From: Marsupella aquatica
Taxonomy: Eukaryota; Plantae; Marchantiophyta
Assembly (NCBI GenBank): GCA_973895155.1
Contig: OZ316892.1
Coordinates: 11,534,238 to 11,598,237, forward strand
Length of the DNA: 64,000 bases
Direction of reading: 5' to 3'
Shown here: positions 11,124-22,755 of the stretch, piece after piece
How the letters are laid out: each line of letters opens with the position of its first letter
Numbering within the stretch: the first letter of the stretch is position 1
Made by a program: the position numbers and the translations under genes
The notes under the pieces: generated by a model
What the model was told of the DNA's origin: nothing
Database searches by the model: none
The model's input: only the letters and a program-made list of their open reading frames with translations

Positions 11124-11540
11124 TGCTGTTGAAAGTTCCAACAAGTGTAACACGGATCTTCTTCTGATTGTAGTTGCAAAACGAGAGCTCAAATATGTGC
11201 TCACAGTTCAGCAAGGAGTGGGTTACGAGAGCACAAACATGCGCTCACAGTGTAACAAGGAGTAAGTTACGAGAGCCCGAATATGCGCTCACAGTGTAAC
11301 AAGGAGTAAGTCACGAGAGCCCAAAGAGCTCACAGTGTAATAAGGAGTAAGTTACACACCTGAGTGCGCATGACTACTCTTCAAACTCTAGTAACGAGAA
11401 CCCATATTTGTTGGCACTGTAAATTCGGATTCTCCTCAAAACGAGAGCCCAAATATATTCTGACAGTGTAATAAGGAGTAAGTTACGAGAGCTCAAATAC
11501 CTTCTCATAGTGTAATAAGGAGTAATTTACACGTCTGGGT

Positions 11541-11620
11541 ACGAGCTCACTGTCGGGTCTCTGGAGTATCGGGAATCATGAACGAGCTCAGTGTCGGGTC
11601 TCTGGATATCGGGAGTCATC
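11541..11620. repeat. ~41-bp tandem duplication
   Basis: ACGAGCTCA(C/G)TGTCGGGTCTCTGGA(G)TATCGGGA(A/G)TCAT occurs twice. Confidence 0.75.
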
Positions 11621-12732
11621 ATGATCTTGGAATTGTTCGAGGGTCTTGAAATTATGAACAAATACCGGGGACGAACGTGTCATGGACGGGATCAACTGTA
11701 GATTAGCTTACTATAGAGGGGTCACCAATAGCGCGCGTCAAACCTAAGCCCGTCGGGCCTCGATGGGTTCCCGTCAAGTACAGTCACAGGGTTTCCCGTC
11801 AGAGCCGTCATGGGGTTCGAAAATCGAGTTCCGTCACAAACAGTCGTCAGCAACTTGCGAGCGAGTTTTCTCCTCGAAGCACTCAACGTTGGACGAAGCA
11901 CCATAGCTCAAAAGAAAGAGCATTGAGTAAGCTTTCTAATGAGCCAAGAGCCGCTAGATTTCCTTCGACACAACTACAGTAGATATCTCCAAAGCATCAT
12001 GGTGGTCTGGCCCATCGTTCACTTGACAGTTCGATTTCAAAGTTTTGGACACATTCCAAACACTTGCAGGACCAATGTTCTCTGCCCATCATTTTTGCCT
12101 TCATTTCAGGTTTGACCCGCACTGCACTATCCTAGTGCCATCCCAGTTCACATAAATTTTCATTAAGCTCCTATTCTAATGTTTTAATTTAAAAACAACA
12201 TACACTACACAGTCTTAGAAGTTACACCTCTAAATTATTTCATTTCAATGTCTCCGTGGAGCCATAAATGGTTACAGTAGTTAGTGTGTCTAAAGTTCTA
12301 ATAATGATTGGCCTAACTTTAGTTGAAGTGTTGGGAGCAGAAAATGGCCTGAACATATTGCTGGAATAGTATTGTACATTGTCAATACCATATTGTTCAA
12401 GTTATTTTGAGCTCAATTTTGACCACAAACCTTTGGTCCAGGGCCAAGTTGACTTATTATACAAAACTAGGAAGATTGTATCATAAACCCAGAATATGGC
12501 TCCACCCATATCTGTAGAAGTTATACCCTCTATTCTGGGTGGAGCCATATTTTTGGTGTTTAAATTTTAGGGTTTTATAGAATTAAATTTGGTTTTTCAA
12601 GTTTGGGGTACTGTGACCACATAGCTTTGGTCGCATGCCTACTGCTAGGGTGTCTGAAACCTCAAAATGTGATGGACCATAATTTAGTTATAGTTAAGAT
12701 TACACATAGAAAAAGTCGTGGACTAGCTACCA

Positions 12733-13025
12733 AATTCATGATCCATAACTTTGGCCATAAATATTGGTCATATGCCATGACCACACATCACTCTAGAGGC
12801 TGATGAAAAGAAAATAAGTAGATTTCACATAACTCTTTGTAAAAGCTATGGACGTTTGTTTATGGTAAAAAAAAAGTCATAATTCATGACATAACTTTGG
12901 CCATAAAGGTTGGTCATATGTCATGACCATAAATCACTCTAGAGTCTAGTGAAAAAAATATAAATAAATTTCACATAACCCTTTGTAAAAACTATGGCCA
13001 TTTGTTGATAGCCAAAAAGTCATGA
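12733..13025. repeat. ~148-bp tandem duplication
   Basis: AATTCATGA..CATAACTTTGGCCATAAA...CACTCTAGAG...TTTCACATAAC.CTTTGTAAAA.CTATGG occurs twice, starting at about 12733 and 12881. Confidence 0.8.
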
Positions 13026-14624
13026 TCTATGACAGTGAAGCTTTGAAACACACTAAATAGGGCATCTCAACTTGCTCTCCCATTTTTTTCCAGTCAGTCA
13101 TTCTTAAAAATTTACATTTACAACCTAGACCAAAACTCAACTATAAGGCGAATTCACTACACAGGTTTGAGATGAGTTTCAACACTCTCCCTGGGCGCCG
13201 ACAATGTTAAAATAGTGATTGACAATTCTCATAGGGTGCAAACTATTCTTGAAAGGGCAGGAAACAATTTTCTTTCCCTGACTGCCCGAGTTACTGATGG
13301 TCAGCTTTAAGGAGAATCACATATTTTTAGTCCGTGACCTGACCTGCAACATTTTGGTGAGAGTAAACTTCCAGGAATGAGTTGGTTTGAGAGAGTAATT
13401 TGACAGGGTCATGATACGGTGCGGGGACGTGGGGAGCCCGTCGAGACGACCGGTTAGCACCGGTGACCTTGCGTGTTAACGGGAGCGAAGAGGAGGAGGG
13501 ACAACAGTCCCGGAGGACAGTTTGCCCTAGAGCTTTCTTTCCTCCCCTGTCCTCTCGTGTGCTCTCTGGTCTCTCGTGTCTCTTTTCGTCGTCGAAGGCA
13601 AGTTTTCTATTATTCGGGTTTTGGAAGCCTTTTTCTGCAGCAATCTTCCAAAGCTCATCGCCCCCCCTCTCCTTCTTCTTCTCCTCCTCCTCCTCCTACT
13701 TCCTCCGTCGCTGGGCTGCGGACGGATCGGAGGAAAGCATTCGTTTCGCTTGCCGTCACGCGACGGATAGGTAGCGCGACGCGACAGGACGCCGGCCTCG
13801 GAGTACCAGCGGAGCCGTGGTTTTTGAGTGCGGTGAAGAGAGAAATCTAGAACAGTGCGGGATCTTGGCGGGGATTGCTGGCAAGTTTTTTAGGTGATTA
13901 GGTGTGGTGGTTTTGCCGTTTTGCTTTTCATGCAATTTTGGGAAGTCTTTCCTGTGTCAGTGTGGTAGCGGTGGCGTTGAGGCACCGGAGGACGACGACA
14001 AAGGGAAGGAGGCGTTGGGACGAGCAGGGTGGTACTGTGGATTTGGTTCGGTGACTCGATTAGAACTACGGTATCGTAGCTCTTTGGTCCTCTGTTAGTT
14101 TTGTGTCGTTGAGGTTAAGCTCCCGAGAGGTTGTTTACTTGTGTGTATAGTGCGGTTTGTAATGTAGTTGTGGTAGTGGTGCATGCCATTGCTCTTTGGT
14201 TGGGGGGTGGGTAGAAGAGGTGAGAAAGTGGTCCTGTACGGGGCTGGAAGAGTTGCCGACGTTTGGATTGTTCGGGAGGGTGGAAAGATTTGGTAGCTGG
14301 CTGCTTTGCAACGCGGATGGAGTGCAGAACTTGCTGCTTGAATGTCTGCCTGTCATGAATCGGCTAAGTGGCGCTTGGGTAAGAAGAATATGTTGTATCG
14401 TTGATCTGGCTGTCGACAGTGTTGGCGGAGACTCTGATTTTATCGACTGAATTGAGGAGCACGAACTTTTGTGGTGCGAATCGTCATCGTGTGGATAGAT
14501 ATAGATCTTGTGGAGCAAGTTCAAATTTCAGGGAAGGAGGGCCCGAGTGGGACTGTCTGGTCGTCTTGAGGCATCGGTTGTGTCGACCACAAGCATAGGT
14601 GAGGGTATTTTGCTTCTTACAGCC

Positions 14625-17115
14625 ATGGCGGATGGGCAAGAGCAGGCTCCTCATATTGGAACGGGAGAGCCTTTGATTGATACAGAAACAGCTGGAGGGC
14701 AGAGCCGTCCAGAACATGGAAGTGAAGATGCCGGTCCCGCTGCCCACTGGTGTTATCAGTGTAACAAGGAGGTAGTAGTGGAGCCGGAGCAAGGAGGTAT
14801 GGTTTGCACCGAATGCCAGAGTGGATTCGTCGAAGCTTTGGCCACTGCTCAAACTGTGCCCGACGTTCGCCGTGCGCAGAGGAGGAGGAGGCATCGGCGA
14901 GTAGTAGCCGGGGTTAGCCCAGGAACTGCTGCAGCCCGTCAGATGGTTCCTTTGTCTGAAGCACTGGAGCACCTGTATCCCCAGCAGCTAATGCAAGTGC
15001 TGCAGATGTTGGGGCAAGCTACGAATAGATCGAACAGTCCAGCACCTGGTGCGCAGGATACAGAGGTACGCACGACGAAACTCAGCTGTCTTGAAGAAGT
15101 TTCGGGAGTAGAATCGAGCCCGATGGAGCTCCGTACTAAACGACTGATGTTAATCTTCTCCTCAGCGGTGGAAGCATACATGCCGCGCTTCCGACGAGGT
15201 TTTCGGGTCTTGTAGATTGTACGCTACTGTAGGGTTTCTTCTGCAGTTACATCTGTCCATCTGAACTGCAAGAACATCAACTGTTCCCACGTCGATGCTT
15301 GGAGGCGAAGTTGCTCGATGCCGACGTTGACTGGATGGCTTAGTTTGATTCACCATCCATTGGGTCGTTATTGGTTCTGATTAGGGGATTCTGTATTCAA
15401 TTGCTATCTTTTGGTGATCGTTCGAGTTGCTTTCGCATTGATGAAAGTCGCTGAGCCCTCTGGGCGTCCTGAATTGAGTTTGTGCCCAAGACCTAACATG
15501 ATGCTTTGTGCTTTAAATGATCCAGAGTGCGGGAAATGCCCGGGCCCGAAATGATGTAGAGAATCAAAGTCCTCCTCCTTCGCAGGATTTGGAGGCAACA
15601 GCTAATGAAGCCTCCGCTGAAGCCCTAGCCCAGTCATCGGGAGATCTTCAAGCTGAAGCACAGGACGGAAGGGTGGAGAGACCTGCAGGCGATGACACGA
15701 TAAGAACGCCAGCTACAACTGCGGAGGCTCTCGAGAGGTTGGCCCAGGAAGGACACATGCTGTTTATTAGCGGTGCTTCTCCAGGTCATGAAGAGGACGC
15801 AGATGAGGACCTCGTTATAAGCGATACTGAGAGCGAAGAGGGAATGAGGTTGGAATTTGATGCATGGGATTCAGCAGATGACGATGAGGAAGAGTGGGAG
15901 GAGGTGGATGAAGACGAGGAAGCTGCAGCAACTGGAGGAGAAGAGGTGGCAACGACCGAAGAGCATGAAGGCGAGCCACGTGATGGGGGGGAGCAAGCAG
16001 AGCAACATCAGGTGGACGAAAGGCAACCCAGGGTGCGAGATTTTCGCCTCCGGACAAGAAATATGGAACACAATCTGCATGAGTATCTCCAGGAGCTTCT
16101 GCATAATCTGGTAGGGCAGAATGTAGAGGTGAGGGTGGAATTGCCTAACGGGCCTCTTTACGTTGGCAATCCGGGTGACTACGTGGACGCGAGAGGCTTC
16201 GAGCAGCTTTTGCAGCAAATGGCTGAGAATGATAATTCACGAAGAGGGGCTCCGCCTGCTGCCAAAACAGCTGTGGACTGTCTGCCCTCGATATCAATCG
16301 AGCAAAGGCACTTGGAGGATGGTTCAGCTGTATGTGCTATTTGCAAAGACGTAGTTGCCCTTGGAGAACCCGCCAAGCAATTGCCATGCTTGCATCTTTA
16401 TCACAACGATTGTATCTTACCTTGGCTGAGTTCTCGTAACTCATGTCCTGTTTGCCGATATGAGTTACCTACTGATGATCCTGATTACGAGGAACAAAAG
16501 CAAAATAGAAATGGATCTGTAACAGCACCCAACACAACTTCCCAGAGTCCTAATTCTGGAGCCGAGGTTGTAGATGTACAAGAGAATAGTAATAATAACA
16601 CTAGTGGCGAAAATGCGGTGCAGAACAGCCCGGGCCAACATCAGACTGCGGGAGCGTTAGATCTTGTGTCACAGGAGATGCTTGGAGCTACAACCTCCGA
16701 AAGTGATTCGCTGCAGTTTCTTTCGACTGTTGGAGAACAAGAGCACAATGGCAGCACTTCGGAGTGTTCCCTTCTGGAAGGTCTAGAGAATGCCGACACT
16801 AATCCTCCTCAAAGTTCAAACGAGGGGCGAGAGTGTGCGAGTGGGGAAATTGAGGGTGACGACGGAGGCAGAGAGGCATTGCGGGGAACTGGAAGAGGAT
16901 GGTTTTTACTGGCAGCTGCCCCCGTGCTTAGCATGATGGGCCTTGTGTTGGTACTGTGCCTGGGAAACCACTTCATTGGGGGTGGCATGCATCATCTTGG
17001 AACACCTTTGCAAAGGCAACAGCAGCGTTTCTTTCAGGAACCGCATGTAGAGCAGATAAGCGGACCTAGTGAGGTGCAGGGCCGCAGGCGATGGTGGATG
17101 CCTTTTCAGCGATAA
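14625..17115 (+). CDS. BZF (zf-RING_3) + RING-H2 E3 ubiquitin ligase (RNF126/CIP8/BTL-like) with a C-terminal transmembrane helix, ~676 aa; exons 14625-15065 and 15526-17115
   Basis: N-terminal HWCYQC..VCTECQSGFVE, then YVGNPGDYVDARGFEQLLQQMAEND..GAPPAAK, the RING-H2 CAICKD..LPCLHLYHNDCILPWLSSRNSCPVCRYELPTDD and a hydrophobic GWFLLAAAPVLSMMGLVLVLCL. The phase-0 intron runs GAG|GTACGC...TCCAG|AGT. The ATG lies just after the acceptor CTTCTTACAG, implying a 5' UTR intron. Confidence 0.92.
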
Positions 17116-19955
17116 TGGGTCCTGAGTTACAATGATTTGTCGGCTGTTAGACTGGATGACTGGGTGCTCAGTGTAATTGGCATGTACTTGTCGCCAAAAA
17201 TTTATTGTGCGTTATGAATATTGGAACAGCAAGGAGGACGCCAACACTGAGATTTTAGTCTTGGATGGAGAAGGAGCTCCTTCGATGAGGAGCTTCTCCA
17301 AACCGGAAGGAAACTTTGAAGTTTCTGTCAGACAGGCATTAGGTTTCATTATCTATGCTATTGTCGTGTAATTTCTGTACATAGATCCTATGAGGTGGAT
17401 TGGCAGATATTCTAAATTTGGAAGGGCCCGAGCAGAAATTTAATCGAACAATTGACTACGTTGCGAAGCTTAGACCCTGAAGTGTTATGGTACTGGGTCA
17501 CTATGACCAAGTTCTAAAACCTCTTAGCTGTGTTCAGTTTTATTGTGTTTAATTTCTTAATCCCTTTGCCTGTACGCTAGAAATGAGAGAAGAGTTTCCA
17601 AAGGAGGTACTTTTTGATCTATTGACAATGCCTTCGTGAACTCTGAAAACTTCTAGCGGAGGTCGTCGATGTTTCTTTTCCTTTCATATTAAGAAATTTT
17701 ACCTGGGACTTTGAGGAATTTGATTAATTGCCTGAACCGTTTTCACATATCTGTTGGTTTTACTTCTTTACATTTGCCTGTATTATCTTTCAATCGAAGC
17801 TAAATTGTGTTGTTATAAAGGGAGTTACCGATATCTATCTCGGTAGGATTGAATTGCGTGAATTCCCCGTCCACAGCTTGATAGGGTATATTTCAACCGA
17901 AACAGTCATCTGTCTGGGATTTAAAAACAATCGATCTTGCTGTGGTGACAGTGTTTTGTTGTGTGATTGCTTAATCTTTGGGGTGAGTTACTTTCGATAG
18001 ACTTGGCAAGGGAGAATCAGGCAGTCGATTGTTTGCTTCAATCACAACGTATTGCTTTTGTTGTGATTACTTATTAGTTTCAGTTTGTGAAGTCTGTCGA
18101 CTGCGATGCGAAAGTGTCGTTGTTTGCTGTATTATTTTAAGTAAAATTGCGTCCGTGTGACAGTTTATGTACCTTCAACAATAGTATTTTCATAGGTTGT
18201 GTTGTCCAATATAAGGCCTAAAGGTTTATAGCCTTTTGTAGATGGAGTGCAGATTGGTATTGAGAACAGAGTGGCAACAGCATAGAAATTCATTTTATGT
18301 GGGATCGGTACTATAAAGTCTGTCAGCAAGGGTTTTTGAAATTTACAGTTTGCCGACGATTCTCCTTAGGACAATAATAACCTGAGATGTGCAGCTGTGT
18401 TCCTGTAGATGTTATGCATAGGGATGAAAGATGATGTACTTTTCCAACAACGTTTTGCTCTAACGTCCAAAACAGATTACGGCTCAAAACTCACAAAATA
18501 TTTTTCCTAAGAGCTTGTTTGCGTATGGGTGTAAACATAAGCTAGGAAATGCTGGATTTTCTTTGGGTGTTTTGGGGGTGCCTTGCTCGTGGGTCTTCCT
18601 CGTGGATGTTTGGGGTCGGGGTGGGGGTGTGGGGGCGGTGTTGAAATCGTACTGATTTCAATATATCTGCATTTGCGTTCTCGTAGACAGCTTGCTAAGT
18701 TCGTGCTCACCACTTCATGTGTCTCTTGTTTTGATGGTTGGCAGAATTTGGGAAAGCTACTGTTCTTGTCATCATCCAGGTGTGGGTCTGTGGATGCACA
18801 GATGCACCATGGTCAGGCAAGCCAGCTTAGACAGGCTTGTTGCCGCAACCTTGGATTCTATCATTACCTGCAGAACTACCATAGGCTGGATCGTTTTGCA
18901 TCATGCACGGGAGCTTGAAGAAACAGTTTTCAAGTGGCTGTGTTCAACGTAAGCATTTCACAGTGAATTTTTTCTGAGAGGTGAGGGTGGATCTGTGTAG
19001 TACCTTCTGCTCGCACAACACCTTAATGTTGGAATCTCTACCTAGATTGAAGGGTGTTATTTTTGATGTCTTGTTACTTTTGAAAGCCAGATGCAACTTC
19101 AATCGTTTTTTACCTTGATCTTTGTGTTCATATCTGGAGGAAGTTGGAGAGTCTGTTTCGATTCTGTCAATCACGGTTTCATTTGTGCGAATGAACATGT
19201 TTTTGCAAAGTTCTGACGATGCAGCTGACTGGTGCTCTCATCTCCTACTGATCAACGAATGTGCTAATGGCTTGGATAAAGGACCAGATATGGGCTTTGT
19301 TTACTGCACATCCTTTCTCCTTTGCATACTGCTGGCAATTGGGTCCAGGGAACCGTAACCAGAATAAGTACCGACACAGAGACCGGAAACATCTTCCCAA
19401 AATTGCCTTCAACTTAGGAGGTGGGAAGATGTTTCTGGCTGGATCGCCCAGAGGGGGCTGCGTCAGGAAGTAATGTCTCTGTGGCCCAGGCACTGCATAT
19501 GCTTGTGGATGCAGTAAGCTGGTGAGACCTCTTACTATTTCATAAGTGCCATCGTTCGCAGTATAGTCTGGCGCGATTGTAACAGATCCTTGCAGGTAGA
19601 AACTGGACGATAGTGTTTGGCGTGGTCCTAGTTTTATTTCGACACCAACAAGATAGTCTATCTGATCAAACAGAGATGAAAAGACACTGATGTTGATGGA
19701 CACAGCTCCCTTCGGTCCGGATTCTTCTTATATGCGGAAAAGGTGAAGCCTTTAGGAAACGGTGAGATTGTCCACACGCCTCAGGCATGATGCATTTCTC
19801 CCAACTGAAGGACTAGGATCCTCAAAGTTTGAATGACTCTTGCAAGGGATTACATATGTACGAGGAGTAAGGAGGTACCTACATCTGGATATTTATTTTC
19901 CCAGGTCTTACAGCAGGTAAAGCGTCATTGAACCAGAAGCAACTACAGTAAGAAG

Positions 19956-19995
19956 CCAGATTGGACCAGATTGGACCAGATTGGACCAGATTGGA
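19956..19995. repeat. (CCAGATTGGA)x4 minisatellite
   Basis: Four perfect 10-bp units. Confidence 0.9.
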
Positions 19996-20903
19996 AGAAC
20001 TTACAATCCAGTGTTAGATAAGGGAATGTAGCCCGAATGCAAATGTGCAAAGTAGTTCCTTATAATTACTCTTGTTCGTGGCCCCTCACGGGCTGATATG
20101 TTGATTGGTTCTATCACACTTAAGAATGCATGTTCACATCGAAACACGAATACAGAGAATCTGGGAGTACACATTGTTTGTCATGCTGACTGGATTGTGG
20201 ACTGGCTGCGTGGACTACACTTGGCGTCCGCAGGTGGTCTTGGACTTGGTCTCTGGTTGGGGTTGGGGGAGGGGGCCTGTTGCAAAAACATTGAAGGGGA
20301 GGGGGAGGTGTGAAAGGAGAGGACAGGGGAGATCAAGGAGGGAATGGGTGGAGGGGTTCCATTGTGAAAGGGGAGGGTAAGATGGATGGATCTTTTATGG
20401 GTGTTTTGACCAGATGCGGGCTGGGTAATTTTTCATGTAAGGCAAGAAAACAAACTATGGAAGGGGCACGCATTTTGAAGACCATTTTGGCATAGGAAAA
20501 GTAAGGTATTGGGAAAAGGCTCACTTTCGAAAATTTAGGAAGAATTATCTCACATAATTGTTTTTCATTGCAATAACGAAATAGGACCCATTTTGTATCC
20601 GGCCGCTGGAACTAACAGTAAGAGTGTTTGCGATTCAAAGTCCACATTTGGGCATAAAACATCTGCTCTGAAGTCCCTTCAATCACTTTTGGAGATATTT
20701 AAGCATAAGAAAGAGAGGACCAGAGCTTAAGGTTTGCCACAAGACACTGACATAGTCTGGTTGCTGGTTGCTGATTGACATAGTACCAAGAGTGCAAGGA
20801 TTTGAGATCAGCTCACCTGAGATGAGAACATTTTCTCCACCTTCACCAAAACCATGAGTACTAGATGCAAGTAAATACAAGCATGAAGCATCTTGTGCAC
20901 CTC

Positions 20904-21030
20904 TTAGACAAACCATTTCACTGCTGGTCATGGTGGAGGAATTCTATCCGGAGGGCCATTACTTAGTGCCTTTTAGACAAACCACTTCACTCCTGGTCAT
21001 GGTGGAGGAATTCTATCCAGAGGGCCATTA
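20904..21030. repeat. ~70-bp tandem duplication
   Basis: TTAGACAAACCA.TTCACT.CTGGTCATGGTGGAGGAATTCTATCC.GAGGGCCATTA occurs twice. Confidence 0.8.
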
Positions 21031-22755
21031 GTTAATGGACCCACTATGTATGTATCCTTTAATACTTGCAAGAAGCTAATACATGTTCTCCTGTTTTTGT
21101 TACTTTTTATTCTCAAAAATGATACACACTCTGAGATGTCAGTGTTTACATCAAAATGCTCTTGACCATTCGTCATTTTGCATCACAATTATTTTGATGT
21201 TTCATAAACACTAGCAAAATAAAATTACTCTTTTTTTGCACAAGCCAGAATGACACTAGAGTAGTAACTGTTGTTGCCAGTGATTTTCTAATTTCCCCTC
21301 CTAGAACTTTGAGGCATTCCCAAGTTTGAACAACTCCTTCATAAAACCAAGTTCAGGATGGATTGGTGTGGTTCCTCCACGCCTGAGACACCAGAATATC
21401 AACCCATAAACGCTCGCACAAACACTGTAGGGGGCATGTTCAAAAAAGTGTCCTGAAAGAACCTCTTATACCCTGCCCCTAGAAAAGCAAAAAATAAATC
21501 ACTAGTCAACGAGATTTGGGTGACACCCAATCATTTTTATTTTGAGGATTGGGGAGGGTGGATGATGCTTAGACAATACCAACAAGGTGTCTAAAGGAGT
21601 ATAGTCAATATCCCTTCCAGAACCTTATAATAGTGTCATATATGAATGCTGAATGAATGGTTCCCATAATTGTATGTTTAGTACCTTCCCCTCGTTGAAG
21701 TTTTTAAGCAATTCATGCAGAAAAACCCTACCTTGGTGCCTCAGTACTAGACTTCAATTCATGTAGTCAATGAACATACCAAATTTGAATAATTAGTTGC
21801 TACCCTAAACTAAAGCTCAACAAAAGTGGAAACCAAGTGGTGGTTAAAGCTCTTAACAAGCTCAACTAAACTATAACTTGTGAACCCAAATTTCCCCCAC
21901 TCAACCTAACCTTCCATTCATTTTATTTCTTTCTTTTGTCCCCAATCCTTTAACTCACTTTTTCTTTCCCTTCAATCTCCTTCATTTGATTGGTTTGACG
22001 AGGTTCATCAAAACATTTGTGGAACTTCCATCTTTCTTGAGATTTATGTAGTAAGTAGGTCCCCAAACAGGGTAGCAAGGTAAACAATCTCACCCCAGAT
22101 TGGCTTGATACAACAGAATCACAGCTAAAAAACTTGTTTGATGCATCTTTAACATACTCCCATACCACAAAAGTAACATCATGAAAACCCAACAAGAGTT
22201 GACTAGGTTAAAGTACAGTCAGTTTAAAGTGCACAGGGTAGCTGATAATTATCTACATTTGATCTCGTTAACTTTGTTGTCTAAGAAATCTGACTACATG
22301 TATATTTTTTTGTGACTGTTGTGCACCATTGTCAACCATACTCTTTGTTAGCCAATGATCAATCAAATCCATCAATCAATCAAATTCACAGCTAGAGTTA
22401 GTTGTTCCTATTTTTAAAAATATTATAATTAAATGTAGAGAATGATTTATTATATTTCAAAAAGTAAATGAAATTTTTACAAGAGGTTACTGTTTTGCCC
22501 TCACTCTTTGTGATTTCACATTTTTACAAGTATCAATTGTCACAAGTCGAGTTATAATTGATACATCTAAACTCCAAACAAGTGTAGCTCCCCTCCTTCT
22601 GCAATCAAACAATATAACACGATAAATATGTATTACCTTTTACTAAAATTGGATGTGGTTTTTTTATCAAATCTACTAACTAGTCTTTTCACTTTTGATC
22701 AAGTCCCATGGACCACACCACACTTTTACTCGTAGTACTAGCCCTGGTGGAGTAT

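Larger units (their letters stand above)
10812..11143 (+). mobile_element. Intact TRIM (non-autonomous miniature LTR retrotransposon) with tRNA-derived LTRs (Helenus-like architecture)
   Basis: Identical 137-bp LTRs at 10812-10948 and 11007-11143, each ending in the inverted termini TGTTGGAA...TTCCAACA. PBS TGGTATCAGAGC at 10949-10960. Purine-rich PPT AAGGGTGGG immediately before the 3' LTR. Perfect TSD AGTGT at 10807-10811 and 11144-11148. Confidence 0.95.
10382..11535. repeat. Satellite-like array with a ~43-bp monomer and ~150-bp higher-order units, interrupted by the TRIM
   Basis: ACAGTGTAA(C/T)AAGGAGTAAGTTACGAGAGCCCAAATATG(T/C)GCTC repeats many times. The longer unit GTAAGTTACACACCTGAGATGCATGACTTC...CTAGTTCAAAACGAGAGCCC recurs at about 10584, 10733 and 11347. 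Confidence 0.85.

Noticed and set aside
10382-11535. CRISPR-like repeat-spacer array
   Set aside because: The units are degenerate tandem repeats without unique spacers, the context is eukaryotic and there are no cas genes.
14508-15215. 235-aa ORF as a separate gene
   Set aside because: It is exon 1 of the RING gene plus read-through into flanking introns; the real ATG is at 14625 and the donor at 15066.
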